A DNA stretch of 64,000 nt from Pedobacter sp. Its GTDB lineage: Bacteria > Bacteroidota > Bacteroidia > Sphingobacteriales > Sphingobacteriaceae. Of this stretch, positions 27,235 to 36,804 are shown one piece after another; the stretch's first letter is position 1, and the number at the start of each line of letters is the position of its first letter. The DNA lies in NCBI GenBank assembly GCA_036677005.1, contig JAKFBV010000069.1, positions 3,147 through 67,146 of the forward strand, in the 5' to 3' direction. A program made the position numbers and the translations under genes. The notes under the pieces were generated by a model. The model was not told where the DNA came from, did no database searches, and saw nothing but the letters and a program-made list of their open reading frames with translations.

Positions 27235-29050
27235 ACTGCTGAAGATAAGTCCTGCCGTGATAGCAGTATGCCTGGTCACCCTTCTTTCGGTTGCAGCCTG
27301 CGCCCAGACTGCCGAACACTTCAGGAATGTGGATTTTGTGAGGGAGGGGAAAAATCTTGAAAGATCCACGGTATTATTTAATAATCAGGATCAGCTGATA
27401 CCTTTAAAAAATTTACAGGATCTGACTATTGCCAGCATCAATATCGGCTCGGCCTATTCGACTGAATTCGACAGTATCTTAAATAAATATGCGCTGGTTC
27501 AGCGCTTTGCTTCAACAGACTATAATTATGATATGCTGACCTTCAATGATCTGAATGACGATCTGAAGTTTTACAATACCATTATCATACAGGTTACAGA
27601 CCAGTCCTTGCATGACCCCCGGACATTGCCCCTGCTTCTGGATCTGCAACGGAACAAACAGATTATTGTCAGTCTTTCCGGTGATGCAGGGAGTTTGAAA
27701 TTGCTTGATGCCCTGAAGGCCCCATTGATCTGGTCTGAAAGGAAATCGGCAGGATCGGCCAATTTTGCGGCACAGCTCCTGTTCGGCGGCGTTGCAGCAA
27801 TGGCTAAACTCAGGCAGAATGTTTCTGCAAAATACCCTGCCGGGGCAGGATTTGCCAGTACTTCAAACAGATTAAAATATTCGGTACCTGAAGATGCAGG
27901 AATAAATATCGCTGACCTGAAGGGGATTGATGATATCGCGGCGGAAGCAATACGCGAAAAGGCGACACCCAGTGCAGTGGTTATGGTTATTAAAGACGGG
28001 AAAATAATTTTTAATAAAGCATATGGTACACGAACTTATTTAGACCCTACTCCAACCAGGATCACGGATATTTATGATCTTGCCTCAGTTACGAAAATCT
28101 CGGCTACAACAATGGCAGTTATGCGGCTTTTTGAACAGGAAAAGTTAAAACTTGATACGAATGTGGGGGCCTATATTCCAAAGGCAAGAAATACGGATAA
28201 AAAGGATATCACTGTCCGTGAGGTGATGCTGCATCAGGCAGGTTTCATTCCTTATATTCCTTTTTACAGGAATATGGTATTAAGCGATTTCAGCCCCGAT
28301 TCCACCGCAGCATATCCAACAAAAGTGGCAGATAATTATTATATCCGGAAAGGTTATTTCGGGCAGGTGATGTGGCCTCAGATGCTGAACTCCACCCTTG
28401 CAAACCGGGGAAAGTATATTTATAGTGATCTGAGCATGTATTTCATGAAAGAAATGGTTGAGCGGCAGACGGGTAAGCCGATAGAGGATTATGTCATGAA
28501 TCAGTTCTATAAGCCCCTAGGCATGAACAGGGCAGGCTTTAATCCGCGAAGGCGTTTCGCTAAGGATCAGATCATACCTACTGAGGATGATCAGGTATTC
28601 AGAAAAACTTTATTGGAGGGTTATGTTCATGATCAGGGTGCAGCCATGGTTGGGGGCGTTTCAGGTCATGCCGGACTTTTTGCCAGCGCCAATGATCTTG
28701 CCATACTCTATCAGATGATCCTGAACAGGGGCACATATGGAGGAACCCGGTATTTTAAATCAGAGACGGTGGATATGTTCACTGCAAAACAGTCGGATGT
28801 GAGCAGGCGCGGACTTGGGTTCGACCGCTGGGACCCGGAAAGCACTAAAGGTTATCCCTCCAGGCTGGCTTCCCCGCAGACATTTGGCCATACCGGATAT
28901 ACCGGAACCTGTGTCTGGATCGACCCGAAGTACAATCTGGTCTATATATTTCTATCTAACAGGGTTAACCCCGGAGTTAGTACAAAATTGATTGACCTGA
29001 ATATCCGGGGGCGTATTCAGGATGTGATTTATGAGGCAATCGGGAAGTGA
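27203..29050 (+). CDS. serine hydrolase / beta-lactamase-family protein with an extra N-terminal domain
   Basis: SVTK (SxxK) motif in the C-terminal half. The start is ambiguous (Met at 27203, 27209 or 27218) and overlaps the upstream gene. Confidence 0.85.
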   Translation: MSMVRMYIPDKLLKISPAVIAVCLVTLLSVAACAQTAEHFRNVDFVREGKNLERSTVLFNNQDQLIPLKNLQDLTIASINIGSAYSTEFDSILNKYALVQRFASTDYNYDMLTFNDLNDDLKFYNTIIIQVTDQSLHDPRTLPLLLDLQRNKQIIVSLSGDAGSLKLLDALKAPLIWSERKSAGSANFAAQLLFGGVAAMAKLRQNVSAKYPAGAGFASTSNRLKYSVPEDAGINIADLKGIDDIAAEAIREKATPSAVVMVIKDGKIIFNKAYGTRTYLDPTPTRITDIYDLASVTKISATTMAVMRLFEQEKLKLDTNVGAYIPKARNTDKKDITVREVMLHQAGFIPYIPFYRNMVLSDFSPDSTAAYPTKVADNYYIRKGYFGQVMWPQMLNSTLANRGKYIYSDLSMYFMKEMVERQTGKPIEDYVMNQFYKPLGMNRAGFNPRRRFAKDQIIPTEDDQVFRKTLLEGYVHDQGAAMVGGVSGHAGLFASANDLAILYQMILNRGTYGGTRYFKSETVDMFTAKQSDVSRRGLGFDRWDPESTKGYPSRLASPQTFGHTGYTGTCVWIDPKYNLVYIFLSNRVNPGVSTKLIDLNIRGRIQDVIYEAIGK

Positions 29051-29211
29051 TTTACCGGGGGCTTAACAGGATAATTATTTGTTACATTATCCAAACAATA
29101 TTCTCCATTTAATCGATTTACTTTGTACAAAGCCTGAGGGTTTCTGTCTGTTGACCTGTTAGCGCTTTTCTCTGTTTAATTGTTAAATTTACCGGCGGTA
29201 TAATACATAAT

Positions 29212-30345
29212 ATGAAAATTGGAATTGTATGTTACCCTACCTTTGGTGGTAGCGGGGTGGTAGCCACCGAACTGGGTAAGGCCCTGGCTGATAATGGACA
29301 TCAGGTACATTTCATAACATACAGTCAGCCTGCGCGTCTGGATTTTTTTTCGGAGAATCTTTTTTATCATGAGGTTTCTGTTTCGAACTATCCTTTATTC
29401 GACTATCCGCCATATGAGCTTGCTTTAGCCAGTAAGCTGGTTGATGTGGTCAGGTTTGAAAAACTGGATCTTTTGCATGTACATTATGCCATACCGCATG
29501 CCTCAGCAGCATTTATGGCTAAACAGATTCTGGCCACTTATGGCATTCATATCCCGGTAGTCACTACGTTACACGGAACGGATATTACGCTGGTTGGAAA
29601 AGATCCTACCTATAAACCAGTAGTAACTTTTTCTATAAACCAGTCTGACGGGGTTACAGCTGTATCAGAAAATCTGAAGGAAGATACCTATAAGCACTTT
29701 GAAATTACAAGGAACATTAAAGTGATCCCTAATTTCATAGATATGCAGCGTTTTAGTTTAAAAGCTAAGGATCATTTTAAGTTAGCTATAGCACCGAATG
29801 ATGAACGCATTATTGTCCACACTTCCAATTTCAGAAAAGTAAAAAGGACCCAGGATGTGGTTCACATTTTCGAAAAGGTTCAAAAAGAGATCCCTTCGAA
29901 ATTGCTGATGGTTGGTGATGGCCCTGAACGGGTATATTGCGAACAGCTTTCCCGGGATCTTGAGATCTGTGATAGTGTACGCTTTTTAGGTAAACAGGAT
30001 GCTGTTGAGGAAATATTATCTGTTGCTGATTTGTTTATAATGCCATCCGAATCAGAGAGTTTTGGTCTGGCAGCCCTGGAAGCAATGGCCTGTAAAGTGC
30101 CTGTAATTACCTCGAATGCAGGCGGCCTTCCCGAGTTGAATATTAATGGGGTCACCGGCTTCATGGATAATGTAGGAGATATTGATGCGATGGCTGCCCA
30201 TGCAGTTTTTATATTAAAGGATGATAAACAATTAGCTGCCTTTAAAGAAGGGGCACTGAAGCGGGCCAAAGAATTTGATCTGAGCCTGATACTGCCTGTT
30301 TATGAGCAGTATTACAGGGATGTTCTTGAAAGCAGCAAGGCATAA
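29212..30345 (+). CDS. bshA: N-acetyl-alpha-D-glucosaminyl L-malate synthase (bacillithiol biosynthesis glycosyltransferase)
   Basis: MKIGIVCYPTFGGSGVVATELG N-terminus and a GT4 fold, which are characteristic of BshA. Confidence 0.85.
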   Translation: MKIGIVCYPTFGGSGVVATELGKALADNGHQVHFITYSQPARLDFFSENLFYHEVSVSNYPLFDYPPYELALASKLVDVVRFEKLDLLHVHYAIPHASAAFMAKQILATYGIHIPVVTTLHGTDITLVGKDPTYKPVVTFSINQSDGVTAVSENLKEDTYKHFEITRNIKVIPNFIDMQRFSLKAKDHFKLAIAPNDERIIVHTSNFRKVKRTQDVVHIFEKVQKEIPSKLLMVGDGPERVYCEQLSRDLEICDSVRFLGKQDAVEEILSVADLFIMPSESESFGLAALEAMACKVPVITSNAGGLPELNINGVTGFMDNVGDIDAMAAHAVFILKDDKQLAAFKEGALKRAKEFDLSLILPVYEQYYRDVLESSKA

Positions 30346-30419
30346 ACACATGCCTTCAATTATTGATTTAAATTCTGTCATATCTATAAAAAGCCTGAAT
30401 GGAAAAATCTCACCAGTCA

Positions 30420-30488
30420 CCATTCATTTCGAACACGCGGTGAATATTCTCTTTTATTTATGACAATTTTATCGCGTGGAGAAATCCG
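30420..30488 (-). repeat. dispersed ~70-nt hairpin element, copy 2 (inverted)
   Basis: Its reverse complement aligns to 7827-7896. Both C-to-T changes in the GTTCG-AAA-CGAAC hairpin keep pairing as G-U only on this strand. Confidence 0.75.
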
Positions 30489-30661
30489 TTAAAATTATCA
30501 TAAGCTTGATTTTAAGATAGTTATAGGAGATTGCCTCTCCGCCTTGGGCAGATCGCAATGACAACCTGCGTGTCATTTCTCTTTCAGAGTTCTCTAAATT
30601 TTAATCTCGGAATGAACTGTGTTTGGATGACAGGGTTTATTGGATAGGGACCTGCCGGCAC

Positions 30662-30697
30662 AAAAAAAACCTTCCGGAATATTCCGAAAGGTTTTCT
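30662..30697 (-). terminator. intrinsic terminator after the FKBP gene (possibly bidirectional)
   Basis: On the minus strand, ACCTTTCGGAATATTCCGGAAGGT is followed by T8. Confidence 0.75.
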
Positions 30698-30713
30698 GTT
30701 TGTTTTGAAACTT

Positions 30714-31673
30714 TTATTGTTGAGGTGCTACCGGCGGCGGCGGCGGCGCAACAAAAGATCCTGGCTTCGCTGGAATAATATTGACCATATCCACTTCAAA
30801 TACCAATGGTGTAAATGGAGGGATACCCTGATTTCCCTGCTCTCCATAGGCCAGACTTGAAGGCAAAATTAAAGTCGCTTTAGTACCTTTAGGCAATAGC
30901 ATTAATCCCTCTTCAAATCCCGGGATTGAACCATTCATTCCAACAGGAAGTTTTAGCGGTTCGTAAGGGCGCTGCGGATTAAAAGTTCCGCTCTTTTTAG
31001 CAATGTCAGCAAGGCTGCTGTCAAAAACTTTACCGCTTAAGAACATACCTGTATAATTTACCACGACAGTATCTCCTGGATTAGCTTTAGGACCGCTTCC
31101 CTCTTTAGAGACAACATAATTCAATCCTGATGCAGTTACTGCCGTCTTCAATCCTTTGGCAGAAACATAAGCTTTCATTTTTGCAGCTTCCCCAGATTTA
31201 GCCTGATCCATTTCTTTTTTCAGGAATTCATCGATTTTACCGCGGAACAGGCTGTCAGTTAATTTTCCTTTAGGAATTACCTTGTCTATTTTGATCGTGT
31301 AAACCAGGTATTTTTTGGTAGTATCTGCCGGCTGCGGGCGACCCATTTTAAGAACCATCGAGTCAATGTTGATCTTAAAGGTAGCGCTATCGCCTTCACT
31401 CAACAGACCCAATGCTGCGAAAAGATCACCTTTAAATACTGATTTTTCCTTTACCAGTAAAGATGGGCGGTCATAATCATATGAACTGTATAATACTGAA
31501 TCCCCTTCGGTTTTCTCGATAGCTTTAAAGGCTACAAAATCCCCCTCTTTAATTGTTTCACCTGATTTGTCAGTGTGGATCTTGTATAACATATCCCCCT
31601 CACCTTTTTCAAATTTGCTGCAACCGGTAAATCCCGTAACTGCCAGCCCTAATACGATTACTAATTTTTTCAT
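30714..31673 (-). CDS. FKBP-type peptidyl-prolyl isomerase lipoprotein
   Basis: Lipobox (FTGCS), an FKBP domain (GDTVVVNYTGMFLSGKVFDSS...IPGFEEG) and a Pro-rich tail. Confidence 0.9.
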   Translation of the reverse strand: MKKLVIVLGLAVTGFTGCSKFEKGEGDMLYKIHTDKSGETIKEGDFVAFKAIEKTEGDSVLYSSYDYDRPSLLVKEKSVFKGDLFAALGLLSEGDSATFKINIDSMVLKMGRPQPADTTKKYLVYTIKIDKVIPKGKLTDSLFRGKIDEFLKKEMDQAKSGEAAKMKAYVSAKGLKTAVTASGLNYVVSKEGSGPKANPGDTVVVNYTGMFLSGKVFDSSLADIAKKSGTFNPQRPYEPLKLPVGMNGSIPGFEEGLMLLPKGTKATLILPSSLAYGEQGNQGIPPFTPLVFEVDMVNIIPAKPGSFVAPPPPPVAPQQ

Positions 31674-31914
31674 TTGTTAATTTTGATTTTTAAATAGCTA
31701 TGAAGCTTGCATGGGCCTGCCTGCTTATGCAGATTATTTCTAAGCTCATGCAGATTTCATTTTGAAATATACATTTGTTTTTTGATTGAAGCTATCAGGA
31801 GCAGGATAATTTTTCCTGTTTTATCTGTTTAATAACCCGTGATAACTTCTTTTTTGTTTATTAATTTATTAATTATTTTCTGTGTTTAAAATTTTTCGCT
31901 GTTAATTTATGAGA

Positions 31915-32925
31915 TCACTGACCTAAAAGTGTTTTATATTCAGGTAAAATTACATTAACCTTTTCCCTGACCGCTTCAATTTTTTCTGCTGAAAAACCAC
32001 CAGCCGCATTTCTGTGCCCTCCGCCATTGAAATATTTTTTGCATATTTCATTTGCCGGAAAAGTGCCTGTTGAACGTAATGACAATTTAACCTGGTCAGG
32101 GCGTTCAATGATCAAAACCGCTAATCGAATTCCATTGATAGAAAGCGCATAATTTACAATTCCTTCTGTATCACCGGTACTTATTTTGTATTGATCCAGT
32201 TCTGCTTTTGTGATCACAATAATAGCAGAATTATATTCGTACAAAACCTCTAACTTATTAAGCAGGCAATGTCCCAGAAAACGAAGCCTGTTCTCAGAAA
32301 AGTTATCATAAACCAGCTGGTGTATCTTTGAGTTTTCGGCACCGCAATTGATCAGGTCGGCCACAATATGATGAACTTCAGCAGTTGTTGTTGGAAACCT
32401 GAATGAACCGGTATCTGTCATGATCCCGGTATAAAGGCAGGTTGCTACATCCTTATTGATCAGCTGTTTATCTCCCATAATATTCACGATGAAATCATAT
32501 ACCAGCTGGGCAGTTGAGCATGCATTGATGGTCCAGTGACGGTAATCATCAAAACTTTCAGGTTCCAGATGATGGTCAATCATCACTTTCTTTGCCTTTG
32601 ATTCACGAACAAAATTCCCCAGTTCGTTGATTCGTGCGAGGGAATTGAAATCCAGGCAAAAAATAAAATCGGCTTCGGCTACAAATTGTTTTGATTGCTC
32701 AGGCTTTTCAGTAAAAATGAGCACTTCCGGGTTATTGGGCAGCCATTGTAAAAAAGTCGGATAATCTGTCGGCGCAATTACACGTACCTGGTGCCCTTTT
32801 TGGATCAGGTAATTGTACAGGCCAAGGGAAGATCCCATCGCATCACCATCCGGTTTGGGATGTGTTGTGATCACAATGTGCTTTGGTTCAGCTAATAACT
32901 CTTTTAATGAGGCTAATTCTAACAT
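31915..32925 (-). CDS. nrnA: DHH/DHHA1 phosphoesterase (oligoribonuclease / pAp phosphatase NrnA-like)
   Basis: HPKPDGDAMGS, DHH and GGGH motifs. Start set at MLELASL because a -7 box at 32944-32951 lies inside the longer ORF. Confidence 0.85.
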   Translation of the reverse strand: MLELASLKELLAEPKHIVITTHPKPDGDAMGSSLGLYNYLIQKGHQVRVIAPTDYPTFLQWLPNNPEVLIFTEKPEQSKQFVAEADFIFCLDFNSLARINELGNFVRESKAKKVMIDHHLEPESFDDYRHWTINACSTAQLVYDFIVNIMGDKQLINKDVATCLYTGIMTDTGSFRFPTTTAEVHHIVADLINCGAENSKIHQLVYDNFSENRLRFLGHCLLNKLEVLYEYNSAIIVITKAELDQYKISTGDTEGIVNYALSINGIRLAVLIIERPDQVKLSLRSTGTFPANEICKKYFNGGGHRNAAGGFSAEKIEAVREKVNVILPEYKTLLGQ

Positions 32926-32943
32926 GTACGGACAAAAGAAATG

Positions 32944-32951
32944 CAAAGCTA
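32944..32951 (-). promoter_or_regulatory. -7 box TAGCTTTG upstream of nrnA
   Basis: Plus strand CAAAGCTA, 18 nt from the ATG at 32925. Confidence 0.4.
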
Positions 32952-33014
32952 TTAAAATAACTGATTTACTCAGTCTCATTTTTTAAAATCCTTTAAGCTT
33001 TGGTTTTTTAGCCG

Positions 33015-33022
33015 TACTTTTG
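33015..33022 (+). promoter_or_regulatory. -7 box TACTTTTG upstream of ndk
   Basis: Matches TAnnTTTG, 21 nt before the ATG at 33044. Confidence 0.45.
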
Positions 33023-33043
33023 CAGCAATTTTGAAATAATAAG

Positions 33044-33463
33044 ATGGCAACGAACAGAACTTTTACAATGATCAAGCCCGATGCAGTAGCCAATGGCCAC
33101 ACCGGAGCTATTTTGGATGATATTATCAAGGCAGGATTTAAAGTGATCGCTTTAAAATATACCCGCCTGAACAAGGATATTGCCGGACAGTTTTATGCGG
33201 TACACAGCGAGCGTCCCTTTTATAAGGACCTGGTTGATTTCATGTCTTCAGGCCCGATAGTGGCTGCAATACTTGAAAAGGATAATGCAGTGGAAGATTT
33301 CCGTAAACTGATCGGAGCTACCGATCCTTCGAAGGCTGAGCCAGGAACTATCCGTAACAAGTACGCAAAATCTATTGACGCGAATGCAGTACACGGATCC
33401 GATTCTGATGAAAATGCACAGATAGAAGGAAGTTTCTTCTTCACCGCATTCGAGCGTTTCTAA
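33044..33463 (+). CDS. ndk: nucleoside-diphosphate kinase
   Basis: [10 protein letters not shown]...NAVHGSDS are canonical NDK motifs. Confidence 0.95.
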   Translation: MATNRTFTMIKPDAVANGHTGAILDDIIKAGFKVIALKYTRLNKDIAGQFYAVHSERPFYKDLVDFMSSGPIVAAILEKDNAVEDFRKLIGATDPSKAEPGTIRNKYAKSIDANAVHGSDSDENAQIEGSFFFTAFERF

Positions 33464-33470
33464 GAACAGC

Positions 33471-33528
33471 ATTATCGCCCTGTACGGGACAGCAATTCTG
33501 TCTGTACAGGGCAATAATTTTTTTTAAG
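33471..33528 (+). terminator. intrinsic terminator after ndk
   Basis: Long hairpin (GCCCTGTAC...GTACAGGGC with inner GACAG/CTGTC) followed by T8. Confidence 0.8.
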
Positions 33529-33597
33529 CTACATTAGCCATAATAATCAAATAATAAGCTGTTGAAAATATTTCAAACCCGGTACCTTGTCTTTTTT

Positions 33598-33759
33598 ATG
33601 GTGATGCTGATCATCCCTGCCGCGGTTTCTTACTTCGGTGGCTGGGACCGCAATGTGGATCAGCTCTTTGTATTAAAAGCTTTCGCAATTGCTTTCTTTA
33701 TGACGGTTTTATATTATCTCCTGGTAAAAAATTATAAGGAACGCAAGAAGTTACTATAA
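33598..33759 (+). CDS. doubtful small 2-TM ORF
   Basis: 53 aa from the ATG at 33598 (the tracked ORF starts at a TTG at 33562). Its 3' end overlaps the DUF721 gene by 6 nt. Confidence 0.3.
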   Translation: MVMLIIPAAVSYFGGWDRNVDQLFVLKAFAIAFFMTVLYYLLVKNYKERKKLL

Positions 33760-34044
33760 GAAGATTATTTCATCAATAATGCTGCTCCCGGCACGCTCAT
33801 TCATTTTTTCAATGATGTTCGAGCGCATCATCATCAGATCATTTTTTATCACTGCCGATTCCAGTCGTATGAATAACTTACGGTCGCGGATAAAGATATC
33901 CTTCGTGCGGTTGGCAATGGCTTTTCCCATCATTTCGGGCCAGGCCACGATCAGGGATGTTTCATCAAACTTCCGCCTCAGCTTATAAACCTGAAGCATC
34001 TGTTCTATGGCATCCTTCAGGGATCTGTCGTTTGTGCGGCCCAT
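33754..34044 (-). CDS. DUF721 domain protein (DciA-like)
   Basis: 96 aa immediately downstream of recF, with the pattern W..MMGKAIA..T....I....L.I...S.V...L typical of DUF721. Confidence 0.8.
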   Translation of the reverse strand: MGRTNDRSLKDAIEQMLQVYKLRRKFDETSLIVAWPEMMGKAIANRTKDIFIRDRKLFIRLESAVIKNDLMMMRSNIIEKMNERAGSSIIDEIIFL

Positions 34045-34114
34045 TTATTTTTCGTGTTTGATTACTTCCTGAATAAGGAGATTAAAGTTATTAATTCCTT
34101 GCGGAATGTTTGGG

Positions 34115-35215
34115 CTAAACAGCAATGTTTCCTTTATCAATATCAAAAATGCTTACCTCAACCTCCAGTTCCCTGAATATAGTTTCAATTCTGTTCCGGC
34201 TTGTATCAGTAATAAAGATCTGACCAAAATCCTTGTCCGACACCATCTTCATCAGTTTGGTGGTTCTGGCATCATCCAGCTTGTCGAAAATATCGTCCAG
34301 AAGGAGCAGAGGCTCAAAGCCTTTCTGCTGATACAGAAAAGTATATTGGGCCAGTTTCAGTGCAATTAAGAAAGATTTCTGCTGTCCCTGTGAGCCGAAC
34401 TTTTTGAGCGGCATATTGTGGATAGTGAAACCCAGTTCATCCTTATGAATGCCGCTGGAGGTCCGCTCCAGGATCCTGTCCCGTTCCAGATTTTTGACCA
34501 GTATAGTTGAAAAATCTTCCTGCAGAAGGGGGGAATCGTAAACCAGTTCCACCTGTTCGGCATCCGCACTAAGGTATTGATAGTGTTTGTTAAAGATCTC
34601 TGTAAATTCAAGCATAAATGCCTTTCGCTTTTCGAAGATCTTATTTCCCGACTGGATAAGCTGCCCGTCATAGATATCCATCAATGCAGGATCATATTTA
34701 CCTGAAACTGCGGTCTGCCTTAATAAAGCATTTCTGTTCATCAGGTTCCGGTTATAAATGATCAGTTCATCGAGATATAAACTATCGGTTTGGGAGATCA
34801 CATTATCGATGAATTTTCTTCTTTCTTCACTTCCCTCTATGATCAGGCTGATATCATTCGGAGAAATCATCACCAGAGGAAATAGTCCGATATGATCGGC
34901 AAGACGCGGGTACTCCCTTTTATTTCGTTTGAATTTCTTTTTCTGTGTGCGCTTTAATCCGCAATAGATTACTTCATCTTTTTCTTCCTTCTGAAAGGTA
35001 CCCTGGATCATAAAAAGATCCTCTCCCTGCCGTATCTGCTGACTGTCGATCGGGTTGAAATAGCTTTTGCAGAGAGAAAGATAATGGATGGCATCTAAGA
35101 GATTTGTTTTTCCGGCTCCGTTATTTCCGGTAAAGGCATTTACTGTATCCGAGAAAACAAGTTCAGCTTCAGAATAATTCTTGAAATTTATTACAGATAA
35201 TTTTTGAAGCCACAT
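34115..35215 (-). CDS. recF: DNA replication and repair protein RecF
   Basis: LSVINFKNY...GNNGAGKTNLLDA (Walker A), the signature SQGQQK and LLLDD. Start at MWLQK, supported by a -7 box at 35246. Confidence 0.93.
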   Translation of the reverse strand: MWLQKLSVINFKNYSEAELVFSDTVNAFTGNNGAGKTNLLDAIHYLSLCKSYFNPIDSQQIRQGEDLFMIQGTFQKEEKDEVIYCGLKRTQKKKFKRNKREYPRLADHIGLFPLVMISPNDISLIIEGSEERRKFIDNVISQTDSLYLDELIIYNRNLMNRNALLRQTAVSGKYDPALMDIYDGQLIQSGNKIFEKRKAFMLEFTEIFNKHYQYLSADAEQVELVYDSPLLQEDFSTILVKNLERDRILERTSSGIHKDELGFTIHNMPLKKFGSQGQQKSFLIALKLAQYTFLYQQKGFEPLLLLDDIFDKLDDARTTKLMKMVSDKDFGQIFITDTSRNRIETIFRELEVEVSIFDIDKGNIAV

Positions 35216-35245
35216 AATTGATGCCTGTGCTGGGAAGCGCTTTTG

Positions 35246-35253
35246 CAAATTTA
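35246..35253 (-). promoter_or_regulatory. -7 box TAAATTTG upstream of recF
   Basis: Plus strand CAAATTTA, 31 nt from the ATG at 35215. It lies inside the longer tracked ORF, which argues against the 35248 start. Confidence 0.45.
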
Positions 35254-35300
35254 GTCTTTTCGCCTTGTTTTACTGCCCAAATTAAAAAATCGTTTGAATT

Positions 35301-35396
35301 GATTTACGAATTGCCCGGGCCTGGCGGAGAAGTAAATTCGTAAGTCTGAGTGTTTTTAGACTTAGGAAATCACCTGGGCGAGCGGAAAATGATTTC
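35301..35396. repeat. composite palindromic element, recF-upstream copy
   Basis: Arms GATTTACGAATT / AATTCGTAAGTC (35301-35346) plus GAAATCA-N17-TGATTTC (35366-35396). Both modules recur upstream of uvrA. Confidence 0.7.
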
Positions 35397-35464
35397 ACCG
35401 GCCGCTTGTTATTAAAAAAAAGCAATCTGCCTGATTTAAAAGTTGATACTTAACTCGAAAAATG

Positions 35465-35472
35465 TATTTTTG
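35465..35472 (+). promoter_or_regulatory. -7 box TATTTTTG upstream of the TPR gene
   Basis: Matches TAnnTTTG, 42 nt before the ATG at 35515. Confidence 0.4.
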
Positions 35473-35514
35473 CGGGATTGTTTCAGTGAAACAGCTTACA
35501 TTTTTTAAACACCA

Positions 35515-36195
35515 ATGTCAAAAGATCAAAAACATACCCTAACAGAAACTGACAACGAGCTTGGAAATACCGGCAAATTTGTACAGGAAAATGCAAAGAG
35601 CTTAGCCGTAATTGGTATTGCCATCATCGCCTTAGTGTTATTATATCTGGGATACCAGAATTTCTATCTTGCCCCGCGGGCAGAGAAAGCAGCTAATGAG
35701 ATGTTCAAAGCTGAAGAATATGCAACAATTGACTCTCTGAAAGATAAAGCAATAGCCGGAGATGGTTCATATCCGGGTTTTGAGAAGATCGCAGAGGAAT
35801 ATTCGAATACAAAATCAGCCAACATTGCCAATGCTTATCTCGGAGGCCTGTATCTTCAGAAAGGTGAGTTTAAAAAGGCTGCTGATGCACTTGGAAAGTA
35901 CAGCAGTACAGGTAGTCCGGTTATCGACCCCTTAGTGCTTGGCATGTTAGGCGACTCTTACAGTGAAATGAAGGAATATAATAAAGCCGTGACCTATTAT
36001 AAAAAGGCTGCTGATAAGAATAAGAATTCATTCACAAGTCCGCTGTTCCTTAAAAAACTCGGACTGGTTTATGAAGAACAAAAGGAATATAAATCAGCAG
36101 CAGATAGTTATAAAAAGATCAAAACCGATTTTCCTGAGAGTGTTGAAGCTGCCACAATTGATGCATATATCGCCCGTGCAGAAGCACGATTGTAA
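35515..36195 (+). CDS. membrane-anchored TPR-repeat protein (YfgM-like)
   Basis: One TM helix followed by TPR-like repeats (AYLGGLYLQKGEFKKA, GDSYSEMKEYNKA). Confidence 0.8.
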   Translation: MSKDQKHTLTETDNELGNTGKFVQENAKSLAVIGIAIIALVLLYLGYQNFYLAPRAEKAANEMFKAEEYATIDSLKDKAIAGDGSYPGFEKIAEEYSNTKSANIANAYLGGLYLQKGEFKKAADALGKYSSTGSPVIDPLVLGMLGDSYSEMKEYNKAVTYYKKAADKNKNSFTSPLFLKKLGLVYEEQKEYKSAADSYKKIKTDFPESVEAATIDAYIARAEARL

Positions 36196-36259
36196 ATGAG
36201 ATCTCTTCAGATGGTTGTTCCCGGTTCAGACTGGTAATAACCATTTATTATTTTTAGTC

Positions 36260-36754
36260 ATGGCTACAATTTTAAAAAGTTTATCCGATTTTTCTCATAT
36301 CGAAATACCCTCCGGAGAATCCTTCAGTTTTGGAATTGTGGTTTCCCAATGGAATTCGGAGGTAACCGGGGCCTTATATGACGGAGCTGTTACATCACTT
36401 CTTAAAAACGGTGTTTTAACTGAAAATATATTAAGCATTCAGGTTCCGGGAAGTTTTGAATTGACTTCCGGAGCGGACCTTCTTCTCGGATCCAAGGCTC
36501 TTGATGCGGTTATTTGCCTGGGTTGTGTGATACAGGGTGAGACCCCTCATTTTGGCTTTATTTGCAATGCTGTAGCCAATGGAATAACAAATGTTTCAAT
36601 TAAACATAACAAACCAGTGATCTTTGGCGTATTAACGACAGATAATTTACAGCAAGCCAAAGACCGGGCGGGAGGAAAGCATGGTAATAAGGGCGAAGAA
36701 GCGGCTGTCACTGCAATAATGATGGCGCAAATTCAAACCTCTCTGGATATGTAA
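36260..36754 (+). CDS. ribH: 6,7-dimethyl-8-ribityllumazine synthase
   Basis: VPGSFEL...GCVIQGETPHF...GVLT are lumazine synthase motifs. Start taken at MATILK. Confidence 0.92.
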   Translation: MATILKSLSDFSHIEIPSGESFSFGIVVSQWNSEVTGALYDGAVTSLLKNGVLTENILSIQVPGSFELTSGADLLLGSKALDAVICLGCVIQGETPHFGFICNAVANGITNVSIKHNKPVIFGVLTTDNLQQAKDRAGGKHGNKGEEAAVTAIMMAQIQTSLDM

Positions 36755-36804
36755 ATGATTTTGATTATTGAATTAAATTCGATAATTTTAAAAAAACTGC
36801 AAGT

